A stretch of 45,701 bases of DNA, from the NCBI GenBank assembly GCA_003567955.1, contig PWYF01000095.1, positions 1 through 45,701 on the forward strand, in the 5' to 3' direction. The number at the start of each line of letters is the position of its first letter. The first letter of the stretch is position 1. Position numbers and translations under genes: made by a program. Under the pieces are notes generated by a model that did not search any database, was not told the DNA's origin, and was given only the letters and a program-made list of their open reading frames with translations. Source of the DNA: Thiotrichales bacterium (GTDB lineage: Bacteria > Pseudomonadota > Gammaproteobacteria > UBA5335 > SLRW01). Positions 32,640 to 42,074 of the stretch are shown piece by piece.

Positions 32640-33854
32640 ATGATCAACCTGGAACTTCCCAAATCCATGCAGGACATCGCCGAACTCGCCCATGGCGTGG
32701 GCGAAGGCATGTTCCGACCCATTTCACGCAAGTATGACCGCGCTGAACACGATTATCCGAAAGAAATTGACGCCCTGCGCGATCTCATGGGCAACACTGG
32801 CGACGCCACCAGCTCCAGCGGTGATGATAAGGACAAGCAAAAAAAGACAGACAAGCCAGCCGACGGCAGCAAGAACGGCGTCAACATGACCACCGTGGTC
32901 GGCATGATCGAAATGTGCTGGGGCGATGTCGGTCTGACACTGAGCATCCCCGGCCGCGGTCTTGGCAATGCCGCCATCCAGGCGGTGGGCAGTCCGGAGC
33001 AGAAAAAGAAATTCGGCGGCAAATGGGCGGCCATGGCGATTACCGAACCTGCCGCCGGCTCCGACTCCGGTGCGATCAAGACAACCGCGCGGCGCGACGG
33101 CGATGACTGGGTCATCAACGGCGAAAAAATCTACGTCACCGCCGGTGATCGCTGTGAAGCTGTTGTGGTGTGGGCCAACATCGACCCCGAAGCCGGCAAG
33201 GCCGGCATCAAGTCCTTCGTAGTCGAAAAAGGCACCCCGGGCATGGAGCTGGTGCGACTGGAGAAAAAACTCGGCATCCGCTCTTCCGACACCGCCGCTT
33301 TCAGTTTCAACGACTGCCGAATCCCGGGGGAAAACCTGCTTGGCTCGGCAGAAATCCTCGACAAGAAGAAAGGCTTTGGCGGGGTCATGCAGACCTTCGA
33401 CAATACCCGCCCGATGGTGGCCGCCATGGCCATTGGCGTGGGCAAGGCCGCGCTGGAAGTGGCCAACAAACTGCTCAGCGGCGAGGGCGTTCGCACCGAA
33501 GCCTGGGATCTGCCCCCTGCCCGGCGCACCGCGGTGGAAGACGAACTGATCCGGCTGGAGGCCGAATGGGAGGCCGCCCGGCTGCTCACCCTCAAGGCCG
33601 CCTGGATGGCCGATAACGGCAAGCGCAACTCGCTGGAAGCGGCCATGTGCAAGGCCAAGGCCGGACGCATGGGCAACGAGGTCACCCTGCGCTGTGTGGA
33701 GCTGTGCGGTGTGCTGGGCTACAGCGAAAACGAATTGCTGGAGAAATGGGCGCGGGATTCCAAGATCCTCGACATTTTCGAGGGCACCCAGCAAATTCAG
33801 CAGCTGATCATTGCCCGCCAGCTGCTGGGCAAGAGCTCACGCGAACTCAAATAA
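32640..33854 (+). CDS. Acyl-CoA dehydrogenase family protein (404 aa) with a charged low-complexity insert
   Basis: AMAITEPAAGSDSGAIKT, the C-terminal ILDIFEGTQQIQQLIIARQLL (catalytic Glu context), and an insert SSSGDDKDKQKKTDKPADGSKNG near residue 60. Confidence 0.85.
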   Translation: MINLELPKSMQDIAELAHGVGEGMFRPISRKYDRAEHDYPKEIDALRDLMGNTGDATSSSGDDKDKQKKTDKPADGSKNGVNMTTVVGMIEMCWGDVGLTLSIPGRGLGNAAIQAVGSPEQKKKFGGKWAAMAITEPAAGSDSGAIKTTARRDGDDWVINGEKIYVTAGDRCEAVVVWANIDPEAGKAGIKSFVVEKGTPGMELVRLEKKLGIRSSDTAAFSFNDCRIPGENLLGSAEILDKKKGFGGVMQTFDNTRPMVAAMAIGVGKAALEVANKLLSGEGVRTEAWDLPPARRTAVEDELIRLEAEWEAARLLTLKAAWMADNGKRNSLEAAMCKAKAGRMGNEVTLRCVELCGVLGYSENELLEKWARDSKILDIFEGTQQIQQLIIARQLLGKSSRELK

Positions 33855-33873
33855 GGGTATCGCGCGCCTGAGA

Positions 33874-33910
33874 CAACGCTGACACCCATTCGTCGCGGCT
33901 CAGCGGGTCC
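33874..33910 (+). repeat. REP-like hairpin motif, copy A-left
   Basis: CAACGCTGACACCCATTCGTCGCGGCTCAGCGGGTCC. CGCTGA/TCAGCG form a 6-bp stem around a loop with conserved ATTCGTC. It starts 20 nt after the ACAD stop. Confidence 0.7.
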
Positions 33911-34100
33911 TGTCGTGTTCAGCTGCAAGGCGCCGTGCGCAGGGAAGGCTGGTTGCCTTTCCAGGCGCGGCAACGCCGCAGATGGACGCGACAGGGTCTG
34001 TCCTCCGCGGCATTGCCAGTGCGCCAGCCCCGGCGTTGCGTCTTTTCACCGCACCGATATACGCATTCAATCTCGCGCTTTGATACTGACGCACTGGTCA

Positions 34101-34132
34101 TGCTGAGCCGTGACGAATAGGTCAGCGTTGCC
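34101..34132 (-). repeat. REP-like hairpin motif, copy A-right (inverted relative to A-left)
   Basis: The reverse complement reads GGCAACGCTGACCTATTCGTCACGGCTCAGCA. It lies immediately downstream of the tatC stop. Confidence 0.7.
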
Positions 34133-34136
34133 TCCA

Positions 34137-34910
34137 TCAGTCCGGCGGCCGCTCGCCGCGCTGGATTTCAACCTCGCGCGAGCCGGGCACCAGCCAGCGC
34201 GCCAGCACAATACCCGCCTCGTAAAGCAGATAGGCCGGCACCGCCAGCAGGGATTGCGAAAACACATCCGGCGGCGTCAGCAACATCCCCAGCACAAAAG
34301 CCCCCACCAGCACATAAGCGCGCTTGCCCGCCAGCGCCGCCGGCGTGGTCAGCCCCGCGCGCACCATCAGGATAGTGGCAACCGGAATCTGGAAAGCCGC
34401 ACCAAAGGCCAGGAACAGCGTCAGCACGAAATCCAGATAACGCGCGATATCGGTCATCACCGCCACGTCCTGTGGCGCCATGGCGACAAAAAAGCCCAGC
34501 ACCAACGGCAGCACCACAAAGTAGGCAAAAGCGACGCCCAGATAAAACAGCGCCGTACTCATCGCCATCAGGGGCATGACAAAGCGCCGTTCCTGCTGAT
34601 ACAGCCCGGGGGCCACGAAGGCCCACACATGCCACAACACCACCGGCATGGCCAGAATCAGGGCCGACACAGCGGCCAGCTTGAAAGGGGCAAGAAAGGG
34701 GGACGCCACCTCGGTGGCAATCATGCTGCTGCCTTCGGGCAGGTGTTGCAGCAGCGGGCCCGCCAGCAGGGTGTAGTACTCGCGGGCAAACAGCGCCAGC
34801 GGCACCAAAAGAATCACCACCGCCAGAACACTCCACAACAGGCGCCGGCGCAGCTCGGCCAGATGCGCTACCAGGGGCGCACCCTTGTGTTCATCCACCC
34901 CCGCGCTCAC
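34137..34910 (-). CDS. tatC: Twin-arginine translocase subunit TatC
   Basis: 257-aa, 6-TM protein ([45 protein letters not shown]). Confidence 0.9.
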   Translation of the reverse strand: MSAGVDEHKGAPLVAHLAELRRRLLWSVLAVVILLVPLALFAREYYTLLAGPLLQHLPEGSSMIATEVASPFLAPFKLAAVSALILAMPVVLWHVWAFVAPGLYQQERRFVMPLMAMSTALFYLGVAFAYFVVLPLVLGFFVAMAPQDVAVMTDIARYLDFVLTLFLAFGAAFQIPVATILMVRAGLTTPAALAGKRAYVLVGAFVLGMLLTPPDVFSQSLLAVPAYLLYEAGIVLARWLVPGSREVEIQRGERPPD

Positions 34911-35140
34911 GTGTCCGACTCCCGGGAGGCGCGATCTTCATCGGTCTCCTGCGAGGCGGGGGGTTTCGATTCCGCATCCATCTGCCGGTCCACCTCATCA
35001 CGTACCAGATTCACCAGCGCTCGCGCACGCCGCACCCACAGCCCGGCCGTGCGAGCCGCGCCGGGCAGGCGCTCGGGACCAATCACCAGCAGGGCTACCA
35101 GCAGGATTAACAGCAGTTCCCAGAAGCCGATATCAAACAT
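34907..35140 (-). CDS. tatB: Twin-arginine translocase subunit TatB (short, 77 aa)
   Basis: [27 protein letters not shown]-terminus followed by an amphipathic helix. Overlaps the tatC start. Confidence 0.8.
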   Translation of the reverse strand: MFDIGFWELLLILLVALLVIGPERLPGAARTAGLWVRRARALVNLVRDEVDRQMDAESKPPASQETDEDRASRESDT

Positions 35141-35181
35141 CTGATTGCTCCGGGGGGCACCGCCACCGTATCAGGAGATAC

Positions 35182-35451
35182 TCAGGAGGATTTTTTGCGG
35201 CCGCCGGATTTCTTTCGCTTGTCGGTATCACTGGCGCTGTCAGACTCGGTGGTGGCGGTGGACTCAATCGCGCCGGATGCGGCTTCATCTTCGGACGTCT
35301 CTTCCTTGTCGCCCTCGCGCACCGCGCTGCGAAAACTCTTCAGCGCGGAGCCGAGATCCCCGCCCAGGCTGCGCAAACGGCTGGTGCCGAACAGCAGCAC
35401 CACAATGACCAGAATGATCAGCAACTGCCAGATACTGATGCCACTCAACAT
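35182..35451 (-). CDS. tatA: Twin-arginine translocase subunit TatA
   Basis: [37 protein letters not shown], the canonical TatA/E TM-hinge-amphipathic helix. Confidence 0.85.
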   Translation of the reverse strand: MLSGISIWQLLIILVIVVLLFGTSRLRSLGGDLGSALKSFRSAVREGDKEETSEDEAASGAIESTATTESDSASDTDKRKKSGGRKKSS

Positions 35452-35493
35452 ATCCCTTCTCCATCGGTTACCGGCCCGGCATCCGGGCCCGGA

Positions 35494-35823
35494 TCAATCC
35501 CCGCCACGTGCGGCCTTCTCTTCCAGGCCGGAAACCCCGGTGCGTCGCTGTAGCTCGGCCAGCACATCCTCGGGCCGCAGGTCCTGCGAGGCAAGTAATA
35601 CCAGGGTATGGAACCACAAGTCGGCAAGCTCGTGCACCAGCGCCTGGCGATCACCGTCACGCGCGGCGAGCAGGGTTTCGGTCGCCTCCTCGGAAATCTT
35701 GCGCAGAATTCTGTCCAGCCCGCGCGCATACAGCGAGGCCACATAGGAACTCTCGGGGTCGGCCCCGCGGCGGGCTTCAAGCACATCAGCCAGTTCTCCC
35801 AGAATCCTGCGCTCGTCAGTCAT
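35494..35823 (-). CDS. hisE: Phosphoribosyl-ATP pyrophosphatase
   Basis: [19 protein letters not shown]...[28 protein letters not shown]...[13 protein letters not shown]. The start is set at ATG 35823, since the track ORF is over-extended. Confidence 0.85.
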   Translation of the reverse strand: MTDERRILGELADVLEARRGADPESSYVASLYARGLDRILRKISEEATETLLAARDGDRQALVHELADLWFHTLVLLASQDLRPEDVLAELQRRTGVSGLEEKAARGGD

Positions 35824-36229
35824 GCCGGTTATCCGTTGAATAAAGTTTGCCGGGATCCTGCAGGACGTCCTCGTCCACCACCCAGCGCGACCCCTCCAGG
35901 CGGCGGAAAAAACAACGCCGGCGCCCGGTGTGACAGGCAACGCCACCGTGCTGGGTGACCTGCAACAGCACCGTATCACCGTCACAGTCCAGACGCACTT
36001 CATGCACCTGTTGCACATTGCCGGACTGCTCGCCCTTGTGCCACAGTCTTCCACGTGAGCGCGACCAGTACACGGCCTCGCCCCGGCGCAGGGTTTCCCC
36101 CAGGGATTCGCGGTTCATCCAGGCCATCATCAGCACCTGACCATCACTGGCATCCTGGGCAACCGCCGGCACCAGGCCGTCGGCGTTCCACTTGACCTCA
36201 TCCAGCCACTGCATGTCTTGCGCTGTCAT
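35816..36229 (-). CDS. hisI: Phosphoribosyl-AMP cyclohydrolase
   Basis: [25 protein letters not shown] ... [18 protein letters not shown] ... DCDGDTVLL ... [11 protein letters not shown]. Confidence 0.9.
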   Translation of the reverse strand: MTAQDMQWLDEVKWNADGLVPAVAQDASDGQVLMMAWMNRESLGETLRRGEAVYWSRSRGRLWHKGEQSGNVQQVHEVRLDCDGDTVLLQVTQHGGVACHTGRRRCFFRRLEGSRWVVDEDVLQDPGKLYSTDNRHD

Positions 36230-37002
36230 TATTCCCTGACCTCAATACCTTGCCCGGCCATGTAGGCCTTGGCCTCTGCCACGGTATGTTCGCCGAAATG
36301 AAAGATACTGGCGGCCAACACGGCATCCACCCCGCCCGCCTTCACCCCCTCGGCCAGGTGCGCCAATGTGCCCACACCGCCGGAAGCGATCACCGGCACC
36401 GCCACGGCGTCACCCACGGCGCGCAACAATTCGATATCAAAACCCTCGCGGGTGCCATCACGATCCATGCTGGTGAGCAAAATCTCACCGGCACCGCGCG
36501 CCACCATTTCGCGCGCCCAGGCCACAGCATCCAGGCCGGTTTCCCGTCGGCCGCCATGCGTGAAGACCTCCCAGCGCGGCGCCGCCTCACCACCGGTGAC
36601 ACGGCGGGCATCTATGGCCACCACAATACACTGCGAGCCAAACCGACGCGCCGCCTCACTGACAAAATCCGGATCATGCACCGCGGCAGTATTGATGGCC
36701 ACCTTGTCCGCCCCGGCCCGCAACAGGCGCCGGATATCATCGCAATTGCGCACCCCGCCCCCCACAGTGAGCGGGATAAAAACCTGGCCGGCGACGGCCT
36801 CCACCACGTGCACCAGCGTCTCGCGCTCATGGGCGCTGGCGGTGATATCCAGAAAACACAGCTCATCCGCGCCCTCGGCATCATAGCGGCGCGCAATCTC
36901 CACCGGGTCTCCGGCATCGCGTATATTCACGAACTGCACGCCCTTGACCACACGCCCGGCGTCCACGTCCAGACAGGGAATGATGCGGGTGGCCAGCGTC
37001 AC
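36229..37002 (-). CDS. hisF: Imidazole glycerol phosphate synthase cyclase subunit
   Basis: [19 protein letters not shown] ... [11 protein letters not shown] ... PLTVGGGV ... VIASGGVG. Confidence 0.95.
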   Translation of the reverse strand: MTLATRIIPCLDVDAGRVVKGVQFVNIRDAGDPVEIARRYDAEGADELCFLDITASAHERETLVHVVEAVAGQVFIPLTVGGGVRNCDDIRRLLRAGADKVAINTAAVHDPDFVSEAARRFGSQCIVVAIDARRVTGGEAAPRWEVFTHGGRRETGLDAVAWAREMVARGAGEILLTSMDRDGTREGFDIELLRAVGDAVAVPVIASGGVGTLAHLAEGVKAGGVDAVLAASIFHFGEHTVAEAKAYMAGQGIEVRE

Positions 37003-37739
37003 CGGGCCGTCAACTCATCGGCCAGGCGTTGCGCCTCGGCGAGATCCAGGGTCTTTTCATACAGGGCCCGACCCACAATCGCACCATCAATCCCCTCCTC
37101 GGCCACTTCACACAGGCGTTTGACATCCTCGATTGAGGAGACGCCGCCGGAAGCGATCACCGGCACGCTCACATTACGCGCCAGCGCCACGGTCGAATCC
37201 ACGTTAAACCCCTGCATCATGCCGTCACGGCTGATGTCCGTGAACACGATCGCGCTCACACCATCATCCTCGAGCCGGCGGGCCATATCATCCACACTGT
37301 GGTTGGACATTTTGGACCAGCCGTCAATGGCCACCTTGCCGTCTCTGGCATCCAGTCCGACGATGATGCGGCCGGGAAATTCCACGCAGACATCATTGAC
37401 AAAATGCGGCGAACTCACCGCCCGGGTGCCGATAATGACCCAGGTCACGTCCGCATCCAGATAGGCCTGCACGGCATCCTCGTCGCGAATGCCGCCGCCG
37501 ACCTGCACGTCCATGTCCGGGAAACTGTGGGCAATCTCGCGGATAATCGCAGTATTGACCGGCTCACCACGAATGGCGCCATCCAGGTCCACCAGATGCA
37601 GCCGTCGTGCGCCCGCCTCAAACCATTGACCGGCGACCGCCACCGGGTCATCTGAAAACACTGTGACATCATCCATGCGGCCCTGCCGCAGACGCACACA
37701 CTGACCATCCTTGATATCAATTGCCGGTATTAAAAGCAT
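36999..37739 (-). CDS. hisA: ProFAR isomerase
   Basis: [20 protein letters not shown] ... LHLVDLDGA ... VQVGGGIR ... VIASGGVSS. The start is set at ATG 37739. Confidence 0.9.
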   Translation of the reverse strand: MLLIPAIDIKDGQCVRLRQGRMDDVTVFSDDPVAVAGQWFEAGARRLHLVDLDGAIRGEPVNTAIIREIAHSFPDMDVQVGGGIRDEDAVQAYLDADVTWVIIGTRAVSSPHFVNDVCVEFPGRIIVGLDARDGKVAIDGWSKMSNHSVDDMARRLEDDGVSAIVFTDISRDGMMQGFNVDSTVALARNVSVPVIASGGVSSIEDVKRLCEVAEEGIDGAIVGRALYEKTLDLAEAQRLADELTAR

Positions 37740-37782
37740 GCCTTGTTCTCCATCCCGCCACGGAACATCGATAGACGTCCTG

Positions 37783-38454
37783 TCATTGCGCGGCCGCCAC
37801 CCGTGGCATGGCGGCCCGCAACTCTCCGTCCCAGTCAACAAAATTACGCAACAGCGCTAACCCGGCCTGCTGGCTTTTTTCGGGGTGAAACTGCACCGCA
37901 AACAGATTCTCCGCCGCCAGCACACTGGCAAAACGAAGCCCGTGGTCGGTGGTCGCAGCCACGCCCTCACACTCGGCAGGCGCATAGTAACTGTGTACAA
38001 AATAAAACCGGCTGCCGGGCTCGATGCCACGCCACAATGGATGCTCGGCCACCGGCATAACCCGGTTCCAGCCCATATGCGGCACCCGCAGTCGGCGCCC
38101 GGCCGCATCCGCGCCGCCTTCAAAGCGCCGGATGTGACCACGCAGCAGGCCCAGGCAATCAACGCCATCATTTTCATCACTGCTTTCCAGCAGCGCCTGC
38201 ATACCCAGACAGATCCCCAGCACCGGCCGTGAACGCACCGCCTCGCGGATCACCGTGTCCAGCCCCAGTCGCTGCAACTCGCTCATGCAATCGGCAATCG
38301 CACCGACCCCGGGAAACACCAGCCGGTCCGCCCGACGCAATGCAACGGGATCGCCGCTGATAATCACCCGTTCGCGCGCACTGACATGCTCCAGCGCCTT
38401 GGCGATGGAGTGCAGGTTACCCATTCCATAATCAATAACGGCAATGCGGCTCAT
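37783..38454 (-). CDS. hisH: Imidazole glycerol phosphate synthase glutaminase subunit
   Basis: [27 protein letters not shown] (catalytic Cys), [10 protein letters not shown]. Confidence 0.9.
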   Translation of the reverse strand: MSRIAVIDYGMGNLHSIAKALEHVSARERVIISGDPVALRRADRLVFPGVGAIADCMSELQRLGLDTVIREAVRSRPVLGICLGMQALLESSDENDGVDCLGLLRGHIRRFEGGADAAGRRLRVPHMGWNRVMPVAEHPLWRGIEPGSRFYFVHSYYAPAECEGVAATTDHGLRFASVLAAENLFAVQFHPEKSQQAGLALLRNFVDWDGELRAAMPRVAAAQ

Positions 38455-38481
38455 GGCGGGATCGCGCTTCAGAATAACGGT

Positions 38482-39084
38482 CTAGAGACTGCCCTTGGTC
38501 GACGGTGTCACCCCGGGAATACGCGGGTCCGGCTCGGCGGCCATGCGCAGGGCCCGGCCGAAGGCCTTGAAAATGGTCTCGGCAATATGGTGCGCGTTGC
38601 TGCCCCGGAGATTATCCACGTGCAACGTCAGCCGGGCATGATTGACCAGGCCCTGGAAAAACTCCGCCACCAGATCCACATCGAAATCGCCAATGCGGGC
38701 CCGGGGGTAATCGGCCACGTAGGTGAGGCCAGGGCGCCCGGAGAAGTCCACCACCACGCGTGACAGGGCTTCATCCAGGGGCACGTAGGCGTGTCCGTAA
38801 CGGCGGATGCCCCGTTTTTCACCCAGCGCCTCACTCAGCGCCTGGCCCAGCGTGATGCCCACATCTTCAACCGTGTGGTGGGCATCCACCTCCAGATCGC
38901 CGCGCGCGTGAATGCTCAGATCCACCAGACCATGGCGCGCAATCTGCTCCAGCATGTGATCAAAAAAGGGCACGCCGGTATCGAGTTCGGCCTTGCCGCT
39001 GCCATCAAGATTGAGCTCGACCCGGACTTCGGTCTCCAGGGTCTTGCGTTCAATTTTCGCAGTGCGTTTTTCTGCTTTGCTCAT
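38482..39084 (-). CDS. hisB: Imidazoleglycerol-phosphate dehydratase
   Basis: [16 protein letters not shown] ... [13 protein letters not shown] ... [11 protein letters not shown] ... [18 protein letters not shown]. The start is set at ATG 39084 (200 aa). Confidence 0.9.
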   Translation of the reverse strand: MSKAEKRTAKIERKTLETEVRVELNLDGSGKAELDTGVPFFDHMLEQIARHGLVDLSIHARGDLEVDAHHTVEDVGITLGQALSEALGEKRGIRRYGHAYVPLDEALSRVVVDFSGRPGLTYVADYPRARIGDFDVDLVAEFFQGLVNHARLTLHVDNLRGSNAHHIAETIFKAFGRALRMAAEPDPRIPGVTPSTKGSL

Positions 39085-39196
39085 GATCGTGTCCGAGGGG
39101 CGCTTCCGGGTGGCGTTCAATCAGGCCAAGCATAACCCGAACCGCCACCGGGGTCGAAGTATGTGTGACAGACACCACTGCAGGCCAGTAAACATC

Positions 39197-40054
39197 TCAA
39201 TAACCATTGCCGCCCTGATCCGGCACATGCACCCAGGCCCGGGGGGCGCCATAACGTTGCGCCAGCTGATTGCCCAGTTCCCGCGCATGCGTCTCGGTAG
39301 TGAAACCTGTCATTTGTACGCGGTGCCACAGTCGACCCTGCACCCGGGTTGGCGAGAGTCTTGCGGGATAACCCTCAGTAACCAGTTCTTCGACTATCGT
39401 GCGCGCCGCCGCCTGATCGCGCAGGGAAATCACATTGGCCACCCACGGCCCCTCCGTCTGCAGACTCTGAGGGCGCCTGTCCGTGCGCAGCGCCTCGACC
39501 CGCCGCGCCACTATTTCCGGTTCCAGACGTCCCTGCTCCAGCGCCCCGTTATCCAGGCGATACCAGCTGCGCGGTTCACTGTAGCGCGTCCATGGCAATT
39601 GGGCCTGTGGCGCGGATACCCGGGCCTCACCCGAAACCAGCAGAAGCTCGCCCGTGCCTGCGCGCACCCCCGCCAGCAATTCGCCGCTGTTGAGTTCCAC
39701 CTGCAGGCGTCCCGCTGTCAACTGCAGCGTCTCGGTGAAGCCGCCCACGGGGGCGGCATAACGCACCATGCCGTCTTCCACTGAAAAACGCACGGGATCA
39801 ACGGTGGTCATACCCAGGGCGCTCTCGGCGCCCAGATCCAGCGTGCTGCCATCGCCCGGCTCAACCCGGGCGGCGGCACCAGGTCCGGTCCGCAGGATGT
39901 CGCCCGGCTGCAGTGTGGCACCGGGCGCAATGGCCACGCTCTGCGCCTCGCGTTCCAGCCAGACTGGCGGCACCAACAGTGTGATTTTCGCCGCCTGCGC
40001 CAGCCCCGGCAGCAACAGCAACAATACGATTGCGCAAATCTGTCTCAAACCCAT
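39197..40054 (-). CDS. Secreted FecR-domain / C-terminal SPOR-domain protein
   Basis: Signal peptide (LLLLLPGLAQA). FecR-like segment (LQPGDILRTGPGAAARVEPGDGSTLDLGAES). C-terminal SPOR-like segment (WVANVISLRDQAAARTIVEELVTEGYPARL...LWHRVQMTGFTTETHAREL). Confidence 0.6.
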   Translation of the reverse strand: MGLRQICAIVLLLLLPGLAQAAKITLLVPPVWLEREAQSVAIAPGATLQPGDILRTGPGAAARVEPGDGSTLDLGAESALGMTTVDPVRFSVEDGMVRYAAPVGGFTETLQLTAGRLQVELNSGELLAGVRAGTGELLLVSGEARVSAPQAQLPWTRYSEPRSWYRLDNGALEQGRLEPEIVARRVEALRTDRRPQSLQTEGPWVANVISLRDQAAARTIVEELVTEGYPARLSPTRVQGRLWHRVQMTGFTTETHARELGNQLAQRYGAPRAWVHVPDQGGNGY

Positions 40055-40082
40055 GCCCTGTTCCCTTTTGAATCCCGGTTAC

Positions 40083-40547
40083 TCATCCACCGGCGGCCAC
40101 CGGCGGCGCCACCTGCAACCAGAAACTGACCGGCCCTTCATTGACCAGACTGACCTGCATGTCAGCACCGAACTGCCCCGCCTGCACCTCGCCACTATGC
40201 CGCGAGCGCGCCTGAGCCAGCATGAAATCCAGCAAGGCCCGGGCCTGCGCCGGCGGAGCAGCGCGGTCAAAACCGGGCCGATTACCCTTGCGGGTGGTGG
40301 CGGCAAGCGTGAACTGCGGCACCAGCAAAAGCCCGCCACCGGTGTCGGCGAGACTCAGGTTCATGCGGCCGTCCGTATCTCCGAATACACGGTAAGCCAG
40401 CAGCCGCTCGAGCAGGCGCGAGGCCGTCGCCTCGCTGTCACCCCGCTCCACCCCGACCAGCACCAACAAACCGGCGCCAATACTGGCGACAGGCTCACCA
40501 TCAACGCTGACCGAAGCCCGACTGACTCTTTGCAAAAACCCGATCAA
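40083..40547 (-). CDS. dtd: D-aminoacyl-tRNA deacylase
   Basis: MIGFLQRVSRASVSVDGEPVASIGAGLLVLVGVERGD ... LLLVPQFTLAA ... GNRPGF ... FGADMQVSLVNEGPVSFWL. Confidence 0.9.
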   Translation of the reverse strand: MIGFLQRVSRASVSVDGEPVASIGAGLLVLVGVERGDSEATASRLLERLLAYRVFGDTDGRMNLSLADTGGGLLLVPQFTLAATTRKGNRPGFDRAAPPAQARALLDFMLAQARSRHSGEVQAGQFGADMQVSLVNEGPVSFWLQVAPPVAAGG

Positions 40548-40642
40548 GACAACGCCTGCTCACTTGCAACCGACTGCAAGTGGCGAATCATGCCATGGCC
40601 CGGGAGCCCCCACAAACCACGGCTGAATGCAGGCGTTTATCG

Positions 40643-40660
40643 CGTAGGCATATGCTTACA
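40643..40660 (+). promoter_or_regulatory. GacA/UvrY-box-like upstream activating sequence
   Basis: CGTAGG-CATATG-CTTACA compared with the consensus TGTAAG-N6-CTTACA: right half 6/6, left half 4/6. It is centred about 69 nt upstream of the inferred start of the GGA-rich RNA. A TATAAA -10-like hexamer lies at 40708-40713. Confidence 0.45.
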
Positions 40661-40719
40661 CACACTGTAGCGACTCACCGACTGAGTCGACGACGCGGCT
40701 GGGGCATTATAAATCCTGA

Positions 40720-40987
40720 CGGAGCAAAACAATGCCGGGGAACAGGCCCGGGGAAGGAACCCCGGAGCGGACAGGGATTCGCCCGCATCAAAAGCACAGC
40801 CCCGTCTGCGGCAGGGAACGCCGCGACTCCCGCGACACAGCGCAAGGGAAGCCCCAAAAGGCATTACCTGTGGGCAGGAAGCCGAACGGAAGCGAACGTC
40901 AGCGGGGGCTGCATTCAGGGAGCAGAACACCTCCAGCCATTATGGCCAACGCAACCCCGGCTGCCACAGGCACCGGGGATTTTTTTG
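40720..40987 (+). ncRNA. Candidate CsrB/RsmY/RsmZ-type CsrA(RsmA)-sequestering sRNA (~270 nt)
   Basis: I counted 13 GGA triplets between 40721 and 40921. Several sit in predicted hairpin loops: CCGGGG-AAGGAA-CCCCGG, GCGGC-AGGGAAC-GCCGC, CTGC-ATTCAGGGA-GCAG. Upstream are a GacA-like box and a -10 hexamer. The RNA ends in a strong intrinsic terminator. No convincing ORF. The 5' end is inferred, not observed. Confidence 0.55.
40955..40987 (+). terminator. Rho-independent terminator of the GGA-rich RNA
   Basis: CCCCGG(C)TGCC-ACA-GGCA-CCGGGG (10 bp with one bulge), followed by A TTTTTTT. Confidence 0.75.
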
Positions 40988-41000
40988 TCCGGCCATCATC

Positions 41001-41039
41001 AAGGAAACGCTGATTTATTCGTCACGCCTCAGCGGGCCC
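41001..41039 (+). repeat. REP-like hairpin motif, copy B
   Basis: AAGGAAACGCTGATTTATTCGTCACGCCTCAGCGGGCCC. It shares the CGCTGA...ATTCGTC...TCAGCGGG(Y)CC core with copy A-left. Confidence 0.7.
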
Positions 41040-41057
41040 GGGGGTGAGAAATACATC

Positions 41058-41813
41058 CTAAAAATCGAAGCGACGCTCCAGGCCCAGCACCCACTTGACG
41101 CGGTCACCGGTCCCCTCACCATCCACGCTGCCACGGTCCGTTCCTTCCACCCCCATCGACCAGGTGAACTCGCGGGTAGCACGCGTCAGCGCCGCACCCC
41201 AGGTAAAATAGCTGCTGGTGACCCGTGCCCCTTCCTGACCGGCATACAACAGGCCGTTGGGCTCGCCCACCGGACGCGTCTCTTTGGCCAGGTCATAATA
41301 ATCCCCGGCGGCCACTCCAAGATTGAGCTCGAAACCAATCCCGGTGCGGCCGCGCCAGGTGTAATCCGCCTCCATATACCAGGCCGATTCGTCCGTGTTG
41401 AGCATATCCGGCGTGTACCAGGCCGACAGGTTGATCGGCCCCAGCGATAGCACACCGTACAATTCAGTGTAGTCGATATGACGCTCGTCGCTGAATTCGC
41501 CATGCTCGGAGAAGGTGTAGTACACCGCGCCAAGATCATAGCCCCAGTTCAGCGCCCGGCTGCCATAACCGGCCTGCACGGCCGCCCGGTTGCCTTGCTG
41601 CATATTCAGCGCCGACAGGCCCAGATGAAAGCCACTGATGTGCTCGTAATCAATGCCGCCATTCACACCCACACCCTGGCTGAGATCCAGGCCGCGATAC
41701 ATATTCGTACTGGTAATTTCAATATGACCCGAGGTGTGGGCCAGTACCGTCCCGGGCGCAAACCAGGCGACAGCCAGCATGACAACGAGCAGCAACGGGC
41801 TGAATCTTTTCAT
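41058..41813 (-). CDS. Outer-membrane beta-barrel protein, TorF-family putative porin
   Basis: Signal peptide MKRFSPLLLVVMLAVAWFAPGTVLA, alternating beta-strand pattern, and a C-terminal ...LGLERRFDF with terminal Phe. The start is set at ATG 41813. Confidence 0.65.
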   Translation of the reverse strand: MKRFSPLLLVVMLAVAWFAPGTVLAHTSGHIEITSTNMYRGLDLSQGVGVNGGIDYEHISGFHLGLSALNMQQGNRAAVQAGYGSRALNWGYDLGAVYYTFSEHGEFSDERHIDYTELYGVLSLGPINLSAWYTPDMLNTDESAWYMEADYTWRGRTGIGFELNLGVAAGDYYDLAKETRPVGEPNGLLYAGQEGARVTSSYFTWGAALTRATREFTWSMGVEGTDRGSVDGEGTGDRVKWVLGLERRFDF

Positions 41814-42074
41814 GGCTCTCTCTGAGTCGTGAATACCGGCGCACCACTGCGGCAACAACGGCATTTGCAAGCTGGCCACTCTACCCGCCGCCAGGGCCCG
41901 GCGTAAAGCACGTCACACCGGGCACCGGGGCTTTGGGCGGGCGCATGACAATTGATCGGCGCAGTGTACCCAAACACACCCGTGGCGACCAGCATTTGCC
42001 CGCGGGTACTTGCCCTTACCCCGAAGGCTGGCCGTACAATAGCGCGCTTTGCTTCCCCGCATCCCAGAGGCTCG

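Noticed and set aside
33900-34137. Four overlapping 61-72-aa ORFs on both strands in the ACAD-tatC gap
   Set aside because: They are Arg/Cys/Ala-rich, mutually overlapping and lack SD sequences. They lie between inverted REP-like motifs in hairpin-rich DNA, so I treat the region as non-coding.
40700-40990. Possibility that the structured RNA is a cobalamin riboswitch, RNase P RNA, tmRNA or 6S RNA
   Set aside because: I found no B12-box-like core and no GGAAAGTCCGGGC or ACAGAACCCGGCTTA RNase P signatures on either strand. There is no tRNA-like GGGG...CCA end or tag ORF. No plus-strand gene follows the terminator for a riboswitch to control.
40580-41047. 155-aa plus-strand ORF filling the dtd-porin gap
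   Set aside because: It has Arg/Gly/Pro-rich composition, no SD sequence and no motifs. It also reads straight through a strong intrinsic terminator. The region is better explained as a GGA-rich sRNA.
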